Source: Felis catus (Eukaryota). Taken from it: 64,000 bases of DNA. How positions within the stretch are numbered: the stretch's first letter is position 1; each line of letters begins with the position of its first letter. Positions 1-12,600 of this stretch are shown here, one piece after another. The stretch lies in contig NC_058373.1 in NCBI RefSeq assembly GCF_018350175.1, forward strand, positions 101,930,001 to 101,994,000. Direction: 5' to 3'. The notes under the pieces were generated by a model that was not told the DNA's origin, did not search any database, and worked only from the letters and a program-made list of their open reading frames with translations. The position numbers and the translations under genes are program-made.

Positions 1-3000
1 CAGGCTTTCAAGAAAATACTTCAAAGAACAGAACCCAGAGCCAGGTATCGTATTTTCCTCTAAAAAGGCGTTGAAAGGAGTCTCATTAAAGATAGTTTCG
101 AGATGAAAAACAAATCATGAGGTTAAATGAGGTCAGAGAAGTTGGCTAGCCAAGAATGGTATGACAGAGTTTACTGCCAGATTAGAAGACCCTCTGTACT
201 CACATCACACAGCTCCAGTGCTGTAGCAAGATTATTTTTAGCTGTGTTTTGCATATTTCAACTAGACTTATTCGATAGATATTATTAATTTTTGGTTCAC
301 TTGAATTTACAAACGATCCCCTAGATTATAGTATTCTAGTGACATACATACGCATACACACATGTATATGTGTACATACTTGACATTTCCTATAATAAAA
401 TATAAGCAATATTGAATCTATATTTCCTTCTAAAATTAATAAGCAATATTGAATCTATACTGTACACAGTATTAAGTTTTAGCTTCAGTTTTTCAAGAGC
501 AGAAAGAGGCACAACCTTGTTCCCCTGGGTAGTTTTTAGTAGGATTTTCAATGTAATGAATCTACTCTGAAACATCCTGCCCCCCACCTCACCTATGGTA
601 AAGTCACAAATGCAATGTAAACTTAGGATTTCAATTCTGCTGGAAACTGCCAATTTCTAATCTATACTGAGATCTTTTTTTCAAGGTGTACTTAATCCTG
701 CCATGTTTGAATACACCTGGGGGCAGCTTAAGTCTGAATGGAGCATTGGTCGTTGTCTGCTGCATAGCAGTCCACAAGCGAGAACATTCGAAAGGTCTGC
801 TTCTAGCTAGAGTCATTCTGGGACAGCTAACACAGAAGACTGTTTTCACTGCTCTCCCTCCCTACTCATAGGAAAAGGAAATTTATTTATCTGTTTATTT
901 CAATATCCATTTTCCCTCTTCATCCATTTATCACCACTTCAGATGAGTTCTTTCGGTTAAAAAATGGAGTGATGGGACAACCATCGATAACCTGCCCCTG
1001 GCCACCTCGTTAATTCCATGGCGGTGTGGCCTATCTTCCTGCGCTCTGCCCGTGGCATTTATTATTTCCTCTGCCAGTCCGTGCCAAACAAAGTAGTCTA
1101 GCTCACGAGGTAACATGAAAATTGGCTTTGTGGCCAAGGTCTCCACCTCTACCTGAAGATCTGTCTTCACCCCAGTATGGCACTGTTGGCAGGTCACCTG
1201 TCACCGGCTTCTGTCTCGTTCCCACAGGAAGCCAAGCCTGTATTGCCTGGGGCTTTGGTTCTCCTTGGAGAAATGAGGCATTTGCCCAACATGACTCTGC
1301 TCTTATTTAGGTGTGGCATCCAGCCTGGGTCTAAATGCATGGCCCTCTCTGCAAATCAGAAGCTTAGTGGGAGGCATTTTGCTTGGTTGAAACAGTAGGT
1401 TGGCTCCTAAGAAGATCTTTCTGTTTCGGTGCCCAGCTGCGGGAGTCTTTATGATACAGACAGGGTGGGGCCTTTAGTAGAAAGTTACTGGGAAAAGGCT
1501 CTGGCACCTCAGGTATAATTGATTTTTTTATTAGAGGCAGAGGCCAAGTTTATACCACATCCCCTGTGACATCAGTCAAGCTCAGGAATATATGAAGACA
1601 TGGGTGTAGGTTTCTGTGATATATCCCTTTAAGTCCCATTAAGTTAGGTACCTACTTTGTTCCATTCTCAATAACCAGTGGATTCCTTGGATACCGACAA
1701 CCTCCCCAAGGATGCCCATCAATGGGGAGGCAGTGTGGCTTTTAAGAAAAGTTTAGGGGGAAAGAAGCAAATTGGCTCCATCCAACAATGGAATTCAACT
1801 GCTTATTCAACATGTGGGGTATTGTTCTCAGTATCCAAAGGTGGGGACTCTCTTAGCAGGGTTACTACCCGTGATTATAGATTTACTTGTCACCTCTAAC
1901 CAGACTAGGTGCTAAAGCACTTCAAAGCTGTGTGTCTCTCTTCGGCAAGGCCTGTTTTTATGGTTTCAGGCTTACTCCAATCCTGGCTATGAAGAGGAGC
2001 CCCCATTTCCGCTTGAGGCACACCTGGCTGGCACATTCGGAGCATCCACCAGATACTCTGAAATGGTTGCCAAGGTACCAGGGAGCAAAGATGTCTAAGC
2101 TGGACCATCCCAGCACTTGGTGCAGGCCTAAACAAGTCTGCCCCATTTTATATAAATACCTAGACAGGCATGAAATGGATTTTCTGGATGTCTGGCTTTC
2201 CTTCCTGTTGGCTTCTCTCTTCATTTTTGCTGCTGCTTCCTTTTTATTTATTTTTTTCTTTCTGCTTTTTTTTTTTTTCTTTTTCTCTTGCTACTTCTGA
2301 TCCAACCAGGTAGCAATGCATTTTCCAGGGAGCCTTTTAAAAGAGTTTCTTCCCTAGTCTATTTAGTGGAAAGGCAAGCTATTTCAGCCTGTCAGGGTCA
2401 AAAAAAAAATTTTTTTTAAACAATGTTCCCTTTGCATTTTTTAAAGTTCAATGATAATTCCTTGCCTTTGATAGAATCTACCTAATGTGGAAATTTCCCA
2501 GGTTGCAAATGATAAACTCAGCAGCTCTCTTGTTCCCCTCCTATTTTGTTCATGAAGAAGTGTCTGACCCTTCTGATTGCCCCCCTTTCACACAAGCTGC
2601 CCTCTGGCCATCTGAAGCCACATGGAAACATTGACAACAGAGGTGTGAGCCTCATTGCTCTCCGGGCCTGGCTGATGCCAGCTGACCATAAGCTACCTTC
2701 CCACACCACCACTGTCCAAAGACACTTTCTGGGAACACCCAGCCTTTTGGCTCTGGTCTTTATCTTTCAGTTCGGGGCAAGGTAACCTACTGCCCAGGTC
2801 TTTGTGTGGTGTGCTACCACACCAGAAACGCAGTTTAACCAAGAACAGAACTTCTTAGACTGGGATATCAGGTCTGCTGACTAAAAAACACGGAGATTAA
2901 CACCAGCAAAGAAGCGCTTGTCTGGACTTGGGGGAGCAAATACCTCACTGTAGGGGATACGGCCTGAGATGGAACTTAATGGCTTCCCTGAAAAATGTTT

Positions 3001-4068
3001 AAAAATGCATGTGGCTCAATTCCATGCTAGCGCTGCAGCAGTCAAAATAAACTGGGCCTGTGAGGGACCAGTGCTTGGAGAGAATGTTATGAATAGACTT
3101 ATTTTGTGAAGCTGTCACTTAACACGCCCAGGAAAACCAACCAAGGGTACCGTCGGCTTCCTCGGCATTGATTTTGGTTAAATCCCTCCCTCGAATGACC
3201 TCCATTTAATTTGGCTAGTTATGTGAGTTTTGTTGCTTTTTCCTAGTTTTCTGGAAAAGAAATTAAACACGGGGGCTACGCAGATGTTGCCCGCTGTGTG
3301 GACAAGTTAAACATGCTGGTAAAAACCACCCCCAGCTCACTGAGCGCACCCCACTGGCTTCTGAATGAAAGCCTTGTTACCTGGAAGTGTTTTCAAGATG
3401 AAGTTTGGCATTAACCTGTGAAGCCGAGGGAAAGAATCGGCCCTTTCACACACAGCTACCAGTGTCCCACACGGACCCTGAGGTCCGGGTTAGTACGGCG
3501 GCCCTTGCTGAGCCTGCACCCTTCCAGAGCTGATAGTTTCCCCTGGTTCCTGGTCGGAAGGACTAGCCCGCCTTCTAGCTCAGCCCAGCAAAGATCCCAA
3601 ATGGTAACCAGCCTGCCTTGCCCTCTAAGAGTCCACCCTAATGACACGGGTAATGTTGGGTTTTGTGTGTTTAAAAAAAAAAAAAATGTGCAGCGTATGT
3701 TCTTTTTACTCTTGGCAGATGGCCACTTTGCCAGGCTGTCAAGCCTCACCTGATTTATAGGCCTACTGCCACAAATCCTGATTTCTAGAGTTAGAATGAA
3801 AACCAGACCCTGACCCACAAAGCCTAAGGCCAGATGTGTGGGCACTATAGGTATAGCCTCCCTGGGGAAACCCAGCCCAGCACAAGGTCCAGACAGCAGC
3901 CCTTGAAGGGAAAGCCCCTGCCAGGCCTGTATTCAGCCTGCGGTGACCACCGATAGAGTCGTCAGACAGGTTAGCATCATCTCTCAGGGTTAAAAGGTAT
4001 TGTGGGTTCTCTGTGGCCCAGGCTAAAGGGGGGGGAATAACCTATTTCATTTTATTTTTTTTTTCCAG

Positions 4069-4332
4069 TTCTCTCAGGCCAGGCACACCACAGCCCTTTG
4101 AAACGATCTGTGTCCCTTACCCCACCCATGAATGTGCCAAACCAGCCTCTAGGACATGGATGGATGTCTCATGAGGACTTACGAGCTAGAGGACCCCAGT
4201 GCCTCCCATCCGATCATGCCCCCCTGTCTCCACAAAGCAGTGTAGCCTCTTCAGGAAGTGGTGGGAGTGAACACTTAGAAGATCAGAACACTGCTCGTAA
4301 CACATTCCAAGAAGAAGGTAGTGGTATGAAAG
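4069..4332 (+). CDS. SAMD4A: SAMD4A coding exon (exon 4), 264 nt, phase 1-1
   Basis: Acceptor ttttccag|TT; encodes (I)[25 protein letters not shown]...[10 protein letters not shown]; donor AAAG|gtgagt. Confidence 0.96.
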
Positions 4333-6045
4333 GTGAGTGACTGAACGAGAAACCACTGGGAACAGAGTTGGCCCCTTTATTTGGAGTTAGAAGGGTAAAA
4401 AGAGAGGTAGATAGTGAGCAAGAGAGGAGCCCAGTCCTCTCCCCAGGCTTATGCATTGGACCCATCCCTTGCAGAGCTTCAGGGTTAACCATTCCTGGGA
4501 TTCCCCTTCCTGGGAAGCCTGGGAAGCAGAAGCCAGAGCAAGAGAGGTCAACACTCTTTTTTTTTTTTTTTTTTTTTAATGCAGGGACTTGTAGGCAGTT
4601 AAATGAGTCACAGCTAACTGATAGGATCTACTGTTTGCACATACACTTCTCAGCCTGCCCTGTTTGTAAAGGCGCTCAGCTACTCCAGCCTTCTACCTCC
4701 TTGCTGTGGCCAGGGAACCGTCAATAATGTAACAAAACAAACCACAGGATCTTTTTTTTTTTTTTAGGTCTTTCTTAATGCAGAATCATAGTAGTGCTTC
4801 CTTTCTCTCTCACTTTTCCTTTGATATCCAAAGAAACTTTTAAATTCTTTTCTCTGCATCTGTTTAAGGGACATGAAAAAAATACCACTGAGAATCTCTG
4901 ACAGTGTTTTAAGCCTGATAACAGATTTGCATACAGGTGATAAAGGCCTTTTTGTGCAGCATAAATAAATGTTTGTACATTGCCCTGTAAATCTGTCCTT
5001 TTCTTAACGATACTCATCAGGAGACAGAGACTTCCCAATTACCCGTGATAGGTTCAAAGAGGATACGTGCATTTTGTATTTTTAGACGCTAAGTTGTTCA
5101 AGGTCTGGGAAGTCCTTAGGGAAAGATGCTCATCAGGGACACACTAATATGTTTTCGATGGAGAAACAATAACCAGTCATGCTTCTGGGAGTACAGTGCT
5201 GAGGGGGGGTCTGGGAGCACCCCCTTTGCTGGCATCCATGGTGCTGAGGTTCTGTGTCTCTGACCTTCCCCTCAAGAAGGATCAGTGTTGACAAAGGAGG
5301 CTGTCTACCGAGTCCCCTCTCCGCCATGGCAGTGTGGCACAGAAAGACGCCCATGACCACCCAGGGGCCGGCTATGAGAGAGTACCAGGCTGAAACACGG
5401 AGCCTGTCCACTAGGGGAATGAAGTGCATTCCTCAAACGTTCCTCTCCCTCAACTGCAGGCCTGTGTGCTCCCCATGCCACCCCCACCCCGTGATGAATG
5501 CCCAGAGTGAGTGGGATGTGTCCTGATGCTTTTCTTCTGCTGATACAAGTGGGTCTTTAAAGGTGTTTAACAGGCAGCACAAACAATGGCTCATTTTGGC
5601 ATGGAGGGGATGTGTGTCCTCTTTCTCTTTCACAGTTTTCGAGGGAATGTGTCATAATTTTGGAGATGTAGCAAAACTCATTTCTGAGTCCACGTTACGT
5701 GGTTGTGTGCTCAAGCGGCTGAGCCCCAGGTGACGGGTAGCAGGTGAGGCTCAGCCAGGCTTTAGGTAAGCCTGCAGGGCATCTGTCACTGGGGCACCGG
5801 AGCACCTGAGGGACCAAGGGAGGCAGGGTCAGCCATTGTTCTGGACTAGCTTCTTCCCAGGCGAAGTGGAGTGTCTGGCGGCACGTTTCTGAGAAAACAT
5901 ATGTGCGATTCTAATTGGTAACTGAGGGAAGGAGGCCTTGGCCTTTGTGTTCAAGGGCGAGGAGGGTCCTGTGGGAAGGCCGTTCTCTAGGATACAGACC
6001 TCTCCTAGAGAGGAATGCTGGTCCTGTCTGGTTATAAGAGGGTTG

Positions 6046-6187
6046 CTTTCTTTTCTTTTTTCTTTCTTCCTTTTACTTTTCTTTCTTTCTCTTTCTTTCT
6101 TTCTTCCTTTTACTTTTCTTTCTTTCTTTCTTTCTTTCTTCCCTTTCCTTTCCTCTTTCTTTCTCTTTCTTTCTTTCTTTCTTCTTT
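6046..6187. repeat. Polypyrimidine (TTTC/TTC)-type compound repeat
   Basis: ~142 nt of C/T with only two A interruptions. Confidence 0.95.
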
Positions 6188-6279
6188 AATGTACACCTTC
6201 AACATTCTCCCATAGTAGTTAAAGGTATGCTCACTGTGTGCTGTCATGGTGAGGTGAGAAAACAATAATGAGAGCATTC

Positions 6280-6496
6280 TTTTAATGTTTTTATTTATTT
6301 ATGAGAGAGAGAGATAGAGACAGAGCACGAGTAAGAGGGGGGGGGGGCAGAGAGAAAGGGAGACACAGAATCTGAGGCAGGCTCCAGGCTCTGAGCTGTC
6401 TGTGCAGAGCCTGACATGAGGCCTGAACTCACAAACCGTGAGATCATGACCTGAGCCGAGGACGGATGCTTAACCAACCGAGCCACCCAGGCACCC
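6280..6496 (-). mobile_element. Can-SINE (SINEC_Fc-like)
   Basis: Reverse complement shows tRNA-like head GGGTGCCTGGGTGGCTCGGTTGGTTAAGC, (CT)n region and A-rich tail. Confidence 0.92.
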
Positions 6497-8519
6497 TGCG
6501 AGCACGTTTTTAAAGAGACATGAATGAGAGGAAAATTGAATAAACTTCTTATTGCTGTTTTAGAATAAAAGTCAAAATCAAAGTTCAAGGAATATCCCAT
6601 ATATAAGCTTCTTCTATTCTTTTCTTCAGAATTGATAAGAATTGTCTCCTCAGAGATTCTTCAGTCAGAAAGTGATGCAGATAAGCGCTTATATCCAAGA
6701 GTTTCTTTATAGGCCCAAGGGATATGGTCAGAAAACAAGCTATTTGGTGACCGGATGAAACAGTGGACTCTTTCCTATGTATATCCACCTTCTGCTGACC
6801 TATTGAACTGCTTGCTCCAAAGAATTGGTTTGGGATTCAAAATATAAAGTCCATAGCAAAGCAAAGGGCAAAACATATTTGAACGAGGACATGAGAAACA
6901 ATGAAGGATTCTGTTTGTGGGATAAGTGTATTCGCAGTTCGGCTGATAGGTCAAGCAGTAGGCATGTCCATACCCCAAAACGGTAAGCATCCAGAGTCAG
7001 GGTCCAAAAGCATCCAAAAAGCCACCCCCTGGCTATGCCTGGAGAGGTCTTCTCGAAAAGGCCACTGCTCAACTCTGTCAGCAGAGACTATCCGGAGTGG
7101 CCTTCCAGGACGCACCCAGGAAGCAGCCCTCACCATGCCCAGCCTAAGAGGTTCTCATTGGATCCCTACGTCCAAGAGCAGACGCCCGTTTTAAGTTTCC
7201 AAATTAATTCATACTTTCTGGGAAATGAAATACGAAATCTAAGGCTGTGCTTGTAAAAAGAGCCAGCTCTTCCTCTCGAATTCACATCTCTGTCTTTCTT
7301 GGGACCAGGTCCTCTGGCAGAATTATCAGCCCTTTGAGGCTGCTTTCCGGTCCACCTCGGGATGCCATCACTGCATTGCTATTTTCCTACATTTAAAAAA
7401 AAGCCTAGGATATAGAAACAACAAGGTATCTGCGGTCGAATTTGGAGGAGTTCCAAATCTCCAGAAGATGCATGTCAGCCCTCCCCCTACACCTTGGGAA
7501 AAGGATAAAAAGTCGCCATAATTGAGCTGAATTTAGTATGAATTCATCTTTCTTGCCAGCAGCTCTGCATACCTTGCTGAAACATTGTTCATCTATTCCT
7601 TCCTTTTCATCTGGACAACCTGCCAGGTTTGGCTACGAACCGTCCCTTAGGAATGTGCCTCTTGGGTCAAAAGTGTGAAATAAAGCTCACGGCCCAGCAT
7701 TCTTCTTTTTAAGATTTTCACAGACATCGATCTCTCCCTCTTTTGTCTTGGTGTCAGCACACCCTGTCAGGGATCGTCACGAAGTTCTCTCCCAAGTAGA
7801 CCAACTTGTGCTCTCAGAGGATTAACATCATCTGTCTGCTTTGCTTTGTTTTTCCTTTTATAGTAAATACCCATCCTCAACATGTAAGTCAGCTCCAAAG
7901 CACAGATTGGATGTCCCTCAGGGTAGGGATCTCGGACTAATCTCAGGGTAAAGCAAGAATGGGATTAGCTACTGAAGTAGAAATTAATGAACAGAAGTGG
8001 GAAACAGCAGGAATATGAGTGTTTCCCCCGCCCCCCGCCCCTTAACATGCCCTGTGGAGGCTACTGCTTATACATGTTTGGATCAGATATGCTGATTGTG
8101 GTTTCTAAATTCAGTTGTCCTTGTTTGCAGAAATGTCACTGTAACATTTCCCAGGGGAAGAATCCCAGATTCATGATTCCCGAGTCGATACTCAGTTATG
8201 TCCTCCTTCCCCTCGGTGCCAACATGAGTGGAATGTGCTCTCTTACCTCTTCTCTCATGCAAAGCCTTCAGGTGGCCGAGAGGAGAAAAAAGATACTCCC
8301 ATAATTTCCTGGAAGGAGGAGAAAATATAGAAGAGCAGAAGTCGATTGGGGGAGGGAGCATTCCTGCCCCTCATTTTAGCACCATGTCCTCACAAATGAT
8401 GTGTAGACGCAACACACAAAGACTTCTCAAAAGGCCAGCGCTGTTGATGAGTGATGTGGCTGTGTTCTACGGGAGCAAAGAGAAAAAAAGAAAGACTTAT
8501 TAGGTTTTACTTTAGTCCT

Positions 8520-9420
8520 TATCAAGTCAGTTGACTTTTAAGCACCTGCTGAGAGAGGCTTGGGGCTAGTTACTGGGGAGACAGAGAAGAAACAGATTGT
8601 ACCTGCCTCAAGGGAGTCCTGTCACATGAACAACAAACAGGTACCTGATGCAGGTGTATGGCTGTGAAAATGTCTTGTCTTCGGAGACTTGTGCTGGGTC
8701 AGACAGGCACCAAGGAGGTCCCTAATGCAAAGTGGAGAGAAGTCAAGGAAAGTTCCTGAGGAGGAGAGTTCTGGAGCTGAGTCTTGAAGCATGATTAAAG
8801 TTAGCCAAGTATATAAGGTAAGGGAAGGGCATTCTGCGCAAAGGGAAAAGAATACATGAAAGCATGGTGATGGGACAGGTTGACTGAGTGCATCTATGGC
8901 TCAAGTGTCACATGGGAAAGAAGTCTGGAGAGGGGAAAACCAGATGCTAGGCTTTGAGAAAGATCTGACGTTGATAGAAGCTGTTGAAGGCATTTAGCAG
9001 CAGAGCGACCTGCTTACATTTGCTCATTAAAAATCAGACCCTAGCAGAAGTGTTGGGGGGACAAGGAGGAGGGGATGAGGGGCAGGGGAGTCTGGATTGG
9101 GAAGCCAGCTGAGAGGTGAGGGATATTTTAGTGACTGAGGAAGAAAACGAGGTGGGACCAAGGCAAGCAGCAGCAAGAATGGATTCAAAGGAATGTGTCT
9201 GTGTGGTCTTCGTGAGGTAGAATTGAGACAGCTCAGAACTGAAAGTGCGCTAGTTAAATGCAGATGGTGCTCCGGAGCAGGAGGAATTGAGGACGATGCC
9301 CAGGTCAGCTGGATAGCCCATGGTATCATCTAAGGCAAAGAGCATATAGAAGAAACAGATTGAGGGCCATTGTGAAGCATGGGGAGTATGAGAACCTACA
9401 GAACTTTCCAGTGGACGTGG
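8520..9420 (-). mobile_element. L2 LINE relic
   Basis: Purine-rich degenerate sequence with L2-like motifs (gagctgagtcttgaagcatga, gggaagggcattctg, gaggacgatgcccaggt); boundaries approximate. Confidence 0.6.
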
Positions 9421-11589
9421 GCCAACACTGTGGTGCACCATGTTCTTCCCTGGCACAGCCTCCCTGAGCTCTGGCTCCTCTCCTCACCTGCACAGGTTGA
9501 ACATTCTGCCTACCTGTAGGGAAACTCACATGGGAGACTCTCTTCCAGATTTCTGGCTAGTAAGGCTCATAGATTTGGGCTCCTACAAGTGAGAGGCTCC
9601 ATGACTTTCTCATTGCAGTCGTCAGTGTGAAAGGGGTAGAGGTTACGGTCTGTTTCTCTTGATATATGCTTCAGCCTCACCATAATGGGTTAACATTAAC
9701 TGGGTTGACTTATGATGTGTTGCTGTTATATTAGTACAAAATATGGAGGTAACTGAAACTGTTACATTGTTTGTCTATAGACATAAAAAAGGTTAAGAAG
9801 GAAACTGTGGCTTCGGGAACCTTGATAGAAACACAGCAGTTAAGAGTGGAGGGGACCAGGGACTGCGAAAATAGGCTTAGGTTGCCTTTTCTAGGGAGTC
9901 TTTCTTAGATGAAACGTAAGTAAACTTTTTTTTCTCCACAGCAAAGGAAATATATTGCCTATTCTGAAATAGCCAGTTGTGGGGTTTTGAGTTGTTTTTG
10001 AGATGTAAACCTCTGAACTTCTGCCTTAGAATGAAATTAGAAAAATTATTGAGAAGTGTGATTCTCTTAAAGACAAAGAACCCCGACAGACACCTTCGTG
10101 AGCAAGACTGTGAATACAGCAGGGTCATAAAGGTGTAAGTGACAGAGTGGGAGGGGGCTGAGACACTCTTCTGCATGGCTGTCATGGCAACAAGCCACTA
10201 TTTTCTGAATGTTGACTTTCTAGACGCTGTCTTGAATTCGTCTAACTTCAAGGCCAGGACTTAGTAAATTTACCTCACTTTCTTCACTCCCAAATACCAG
10301 CATATAGCCTGCAGGGATAGGTCCTAATGGGCTCAGATTGTGCCCCCTCTTCTAAGGTAGGCGGAAGGCTCCTTGTCCTTGAAAAGCAAATTTCCTGGAT
10401 TCCCCCAAATTCTAAGGGTCATGAGTCTTTTAACCACCCTTCCTTGCCAAGTGTGTGTCTTCTGCTGCAGTGCTTTAAGAACTGTGCGGGCACGCAGAGG
10501 GTAGCTTGCGACGTGGAACCCAGCCGCTATTTAAGGACACAAAGCAAGCTGCGTGTGGAAAACCACTTATGAGTGTCACGGCTAATGGAAACTGAGAAAT
10601 TGAGTCCCTGCACTTGTATCCAAACCCTCTAAGTGGGTATTTCACTCAACCTGTTTCTTCAGAGACCCACACATGCTCCCCATCAGCATGGAACCCCTCC
10701 TGGAGGCCACCATGGACACTTCCCAGGACTGAGGAGCGTGCTCACAGTTCACAAGAACCATAGACCAAGGCGCCTTCTTCCTTTCGCTCAGAGGCTAGAA
10801 CAGCACTGAGCTGTTCATTCTGCTCTGGCCAGAAAGAGACAGGCATCAGTAATATCGATGATATTCCTAGACTTCTGCTTTGGATTTGAAAGGAATCTTT
10901 CCCCTCTCACTTCAACACTGAAGAGTTAGCCTCTTCTTACCCCTCAGTTGGCTCACTCCTCTCCCTCAAAGACCAAGGATGCAGTTGTTTCCCGGGAAGA
11001 GAGAGAGTTTTTTGAGATTAGCCTGGCTCTCTGTGGTGAATGGGAGTTTCTCTTCTGTCTGCAGGTGCCAGGACCACCACAAGGTGAGGCTCCTTGTGGA
11101 AACCAAGGCTGTTCGCGTTTCTCTCTTCCAGGAACGTTTTACTCCCTGCCCTTTATGATGCTTCCCATATTGAGCCCTTCTGCAGTACCGGTTCCATCTT
11201 TCAATCTTGTGGAGCCTCTTTGTTTGTGAGGCAGGTGCTGCATGGCCTGCTGAGTGGTATTTGCAGCCATTCCAGCAGCAAATATTTGAAAAAAGCAGCT
11301 CAAGTTCTACTTGGAGCCCAGCCTCTGTGTGAGCTGTTGTGCGCACCACAAAACCTCTCTGTGGCTGGTTTGTCCAAACTCTAAAAGGGGAAATAGAACT
11401 CAGCATAATTGGAAATTGATCCCATTGGTAAAGACCATCAGGTACACACAGAGCATGGAAAAGATGAGTGTAGTACTATGCCCAAAAGAGGCCTTATGAA
11501 GATAAACCACTATGGACTGCAGCAAGATCTAGAAGGAGCTTTGTGAAAGATGGACACTGTGCACAGGGGCCACCATCTGCACATAGTGC

Positions 11590-12600
11590 TTTCTCCTAGA
11601 AACCTGCTACCCTGCAGCTTCCTCCTCCCGGTTTTCTTCATGGGCTTCTCTTCTCACACCTTCTCACGCTCCCAGGGCTCCATCTTAGCTCACCCCTGTT
11701 CTCATTGCATGCTCTTTCCCTAAGTGACCTCACCCACTTCCATGGCTTCAAGCCACCACCCACCACATGCTGCTGACAAGTTCTCTGGCTCAGACCTCGC
11801 TTCAGAGATCCTTCTAGTTGACTTTTCCACCTGGATGGCTCAAAGGCAGTGACACTCGGCCGACATGAAGTAGAGCTCACCATTTCTCCCTTGCCACCCC
11901 AAACCTGCTGCCCCCCTGTACTTTCTGTCTTCCCAAGCTTGAGTCAGAAGAACCACCAGTCTCACTCACATTCCCTATTCCCTGATCTTCAAGCGCTGTC
12001 CATTTATATCCTTTCCTTCTCACCACCGCCCTTCCAAGCCATCTCCAAGGGCTTCGGTTCATCTCCCAGCCTCCACTCCCACATCCCCTCGTCCAGGCTT
12101 TACACTGACAGCCGTCACCTTTCTTACATACTCATCTGATAGTGCCTCTGCTGCCCAGATTTCAGCAGTGCCTCATCACCCAAACATGAGGCCTACTGTC
12201 CTTGTTTCAGCATTATAGATCTCAATCATTGGACCCCTGCCTATTTGTCCCACCTTGTTACTTACTATCATTCACCCAAGTGCTTGCTCAGCCCCAAATG
12301 CTCTCTTAGCTCTGTGCTTGCTAATATGCTGTTCCTGCCTCCTCAGATGGCTTCCTCAGTAGGTCTGCCCAGTGATTCCAGGACTGCTGCTACTTTGAAG
12401 CTATCCCTTACTCCCCAGGGCAAACCAGAATGCACATTGTTCTGTGCCTGCCTAGAACTTTGAGTTGACTTAGCACTTGTCCTGCAACTATTATAAATGT
12501 TTTGTGTGAGTCAGCTATTCTCTTTGGATTAAAAGTTCCTTGATGGCAGGGACATGCCTGGCCCCTACAGCAAACGTTCAAAATGTTGAGCAAATATCGG
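11590..12600 (+). mobile_element. L2 LINE relic
   Basis: Pyrimidine-rich L2-like motifs (cacttccatggcttcaa, ttccacctggatg); boundaries approximate. Confidence 0.55.

Noticed and set aside
3300..3318. p53-like tandem half-sites GGACAAGTTA / AAACATGCTG
   Set aside because: Half-sites overlap by one base and each has a mismatch; not a canonical response element.
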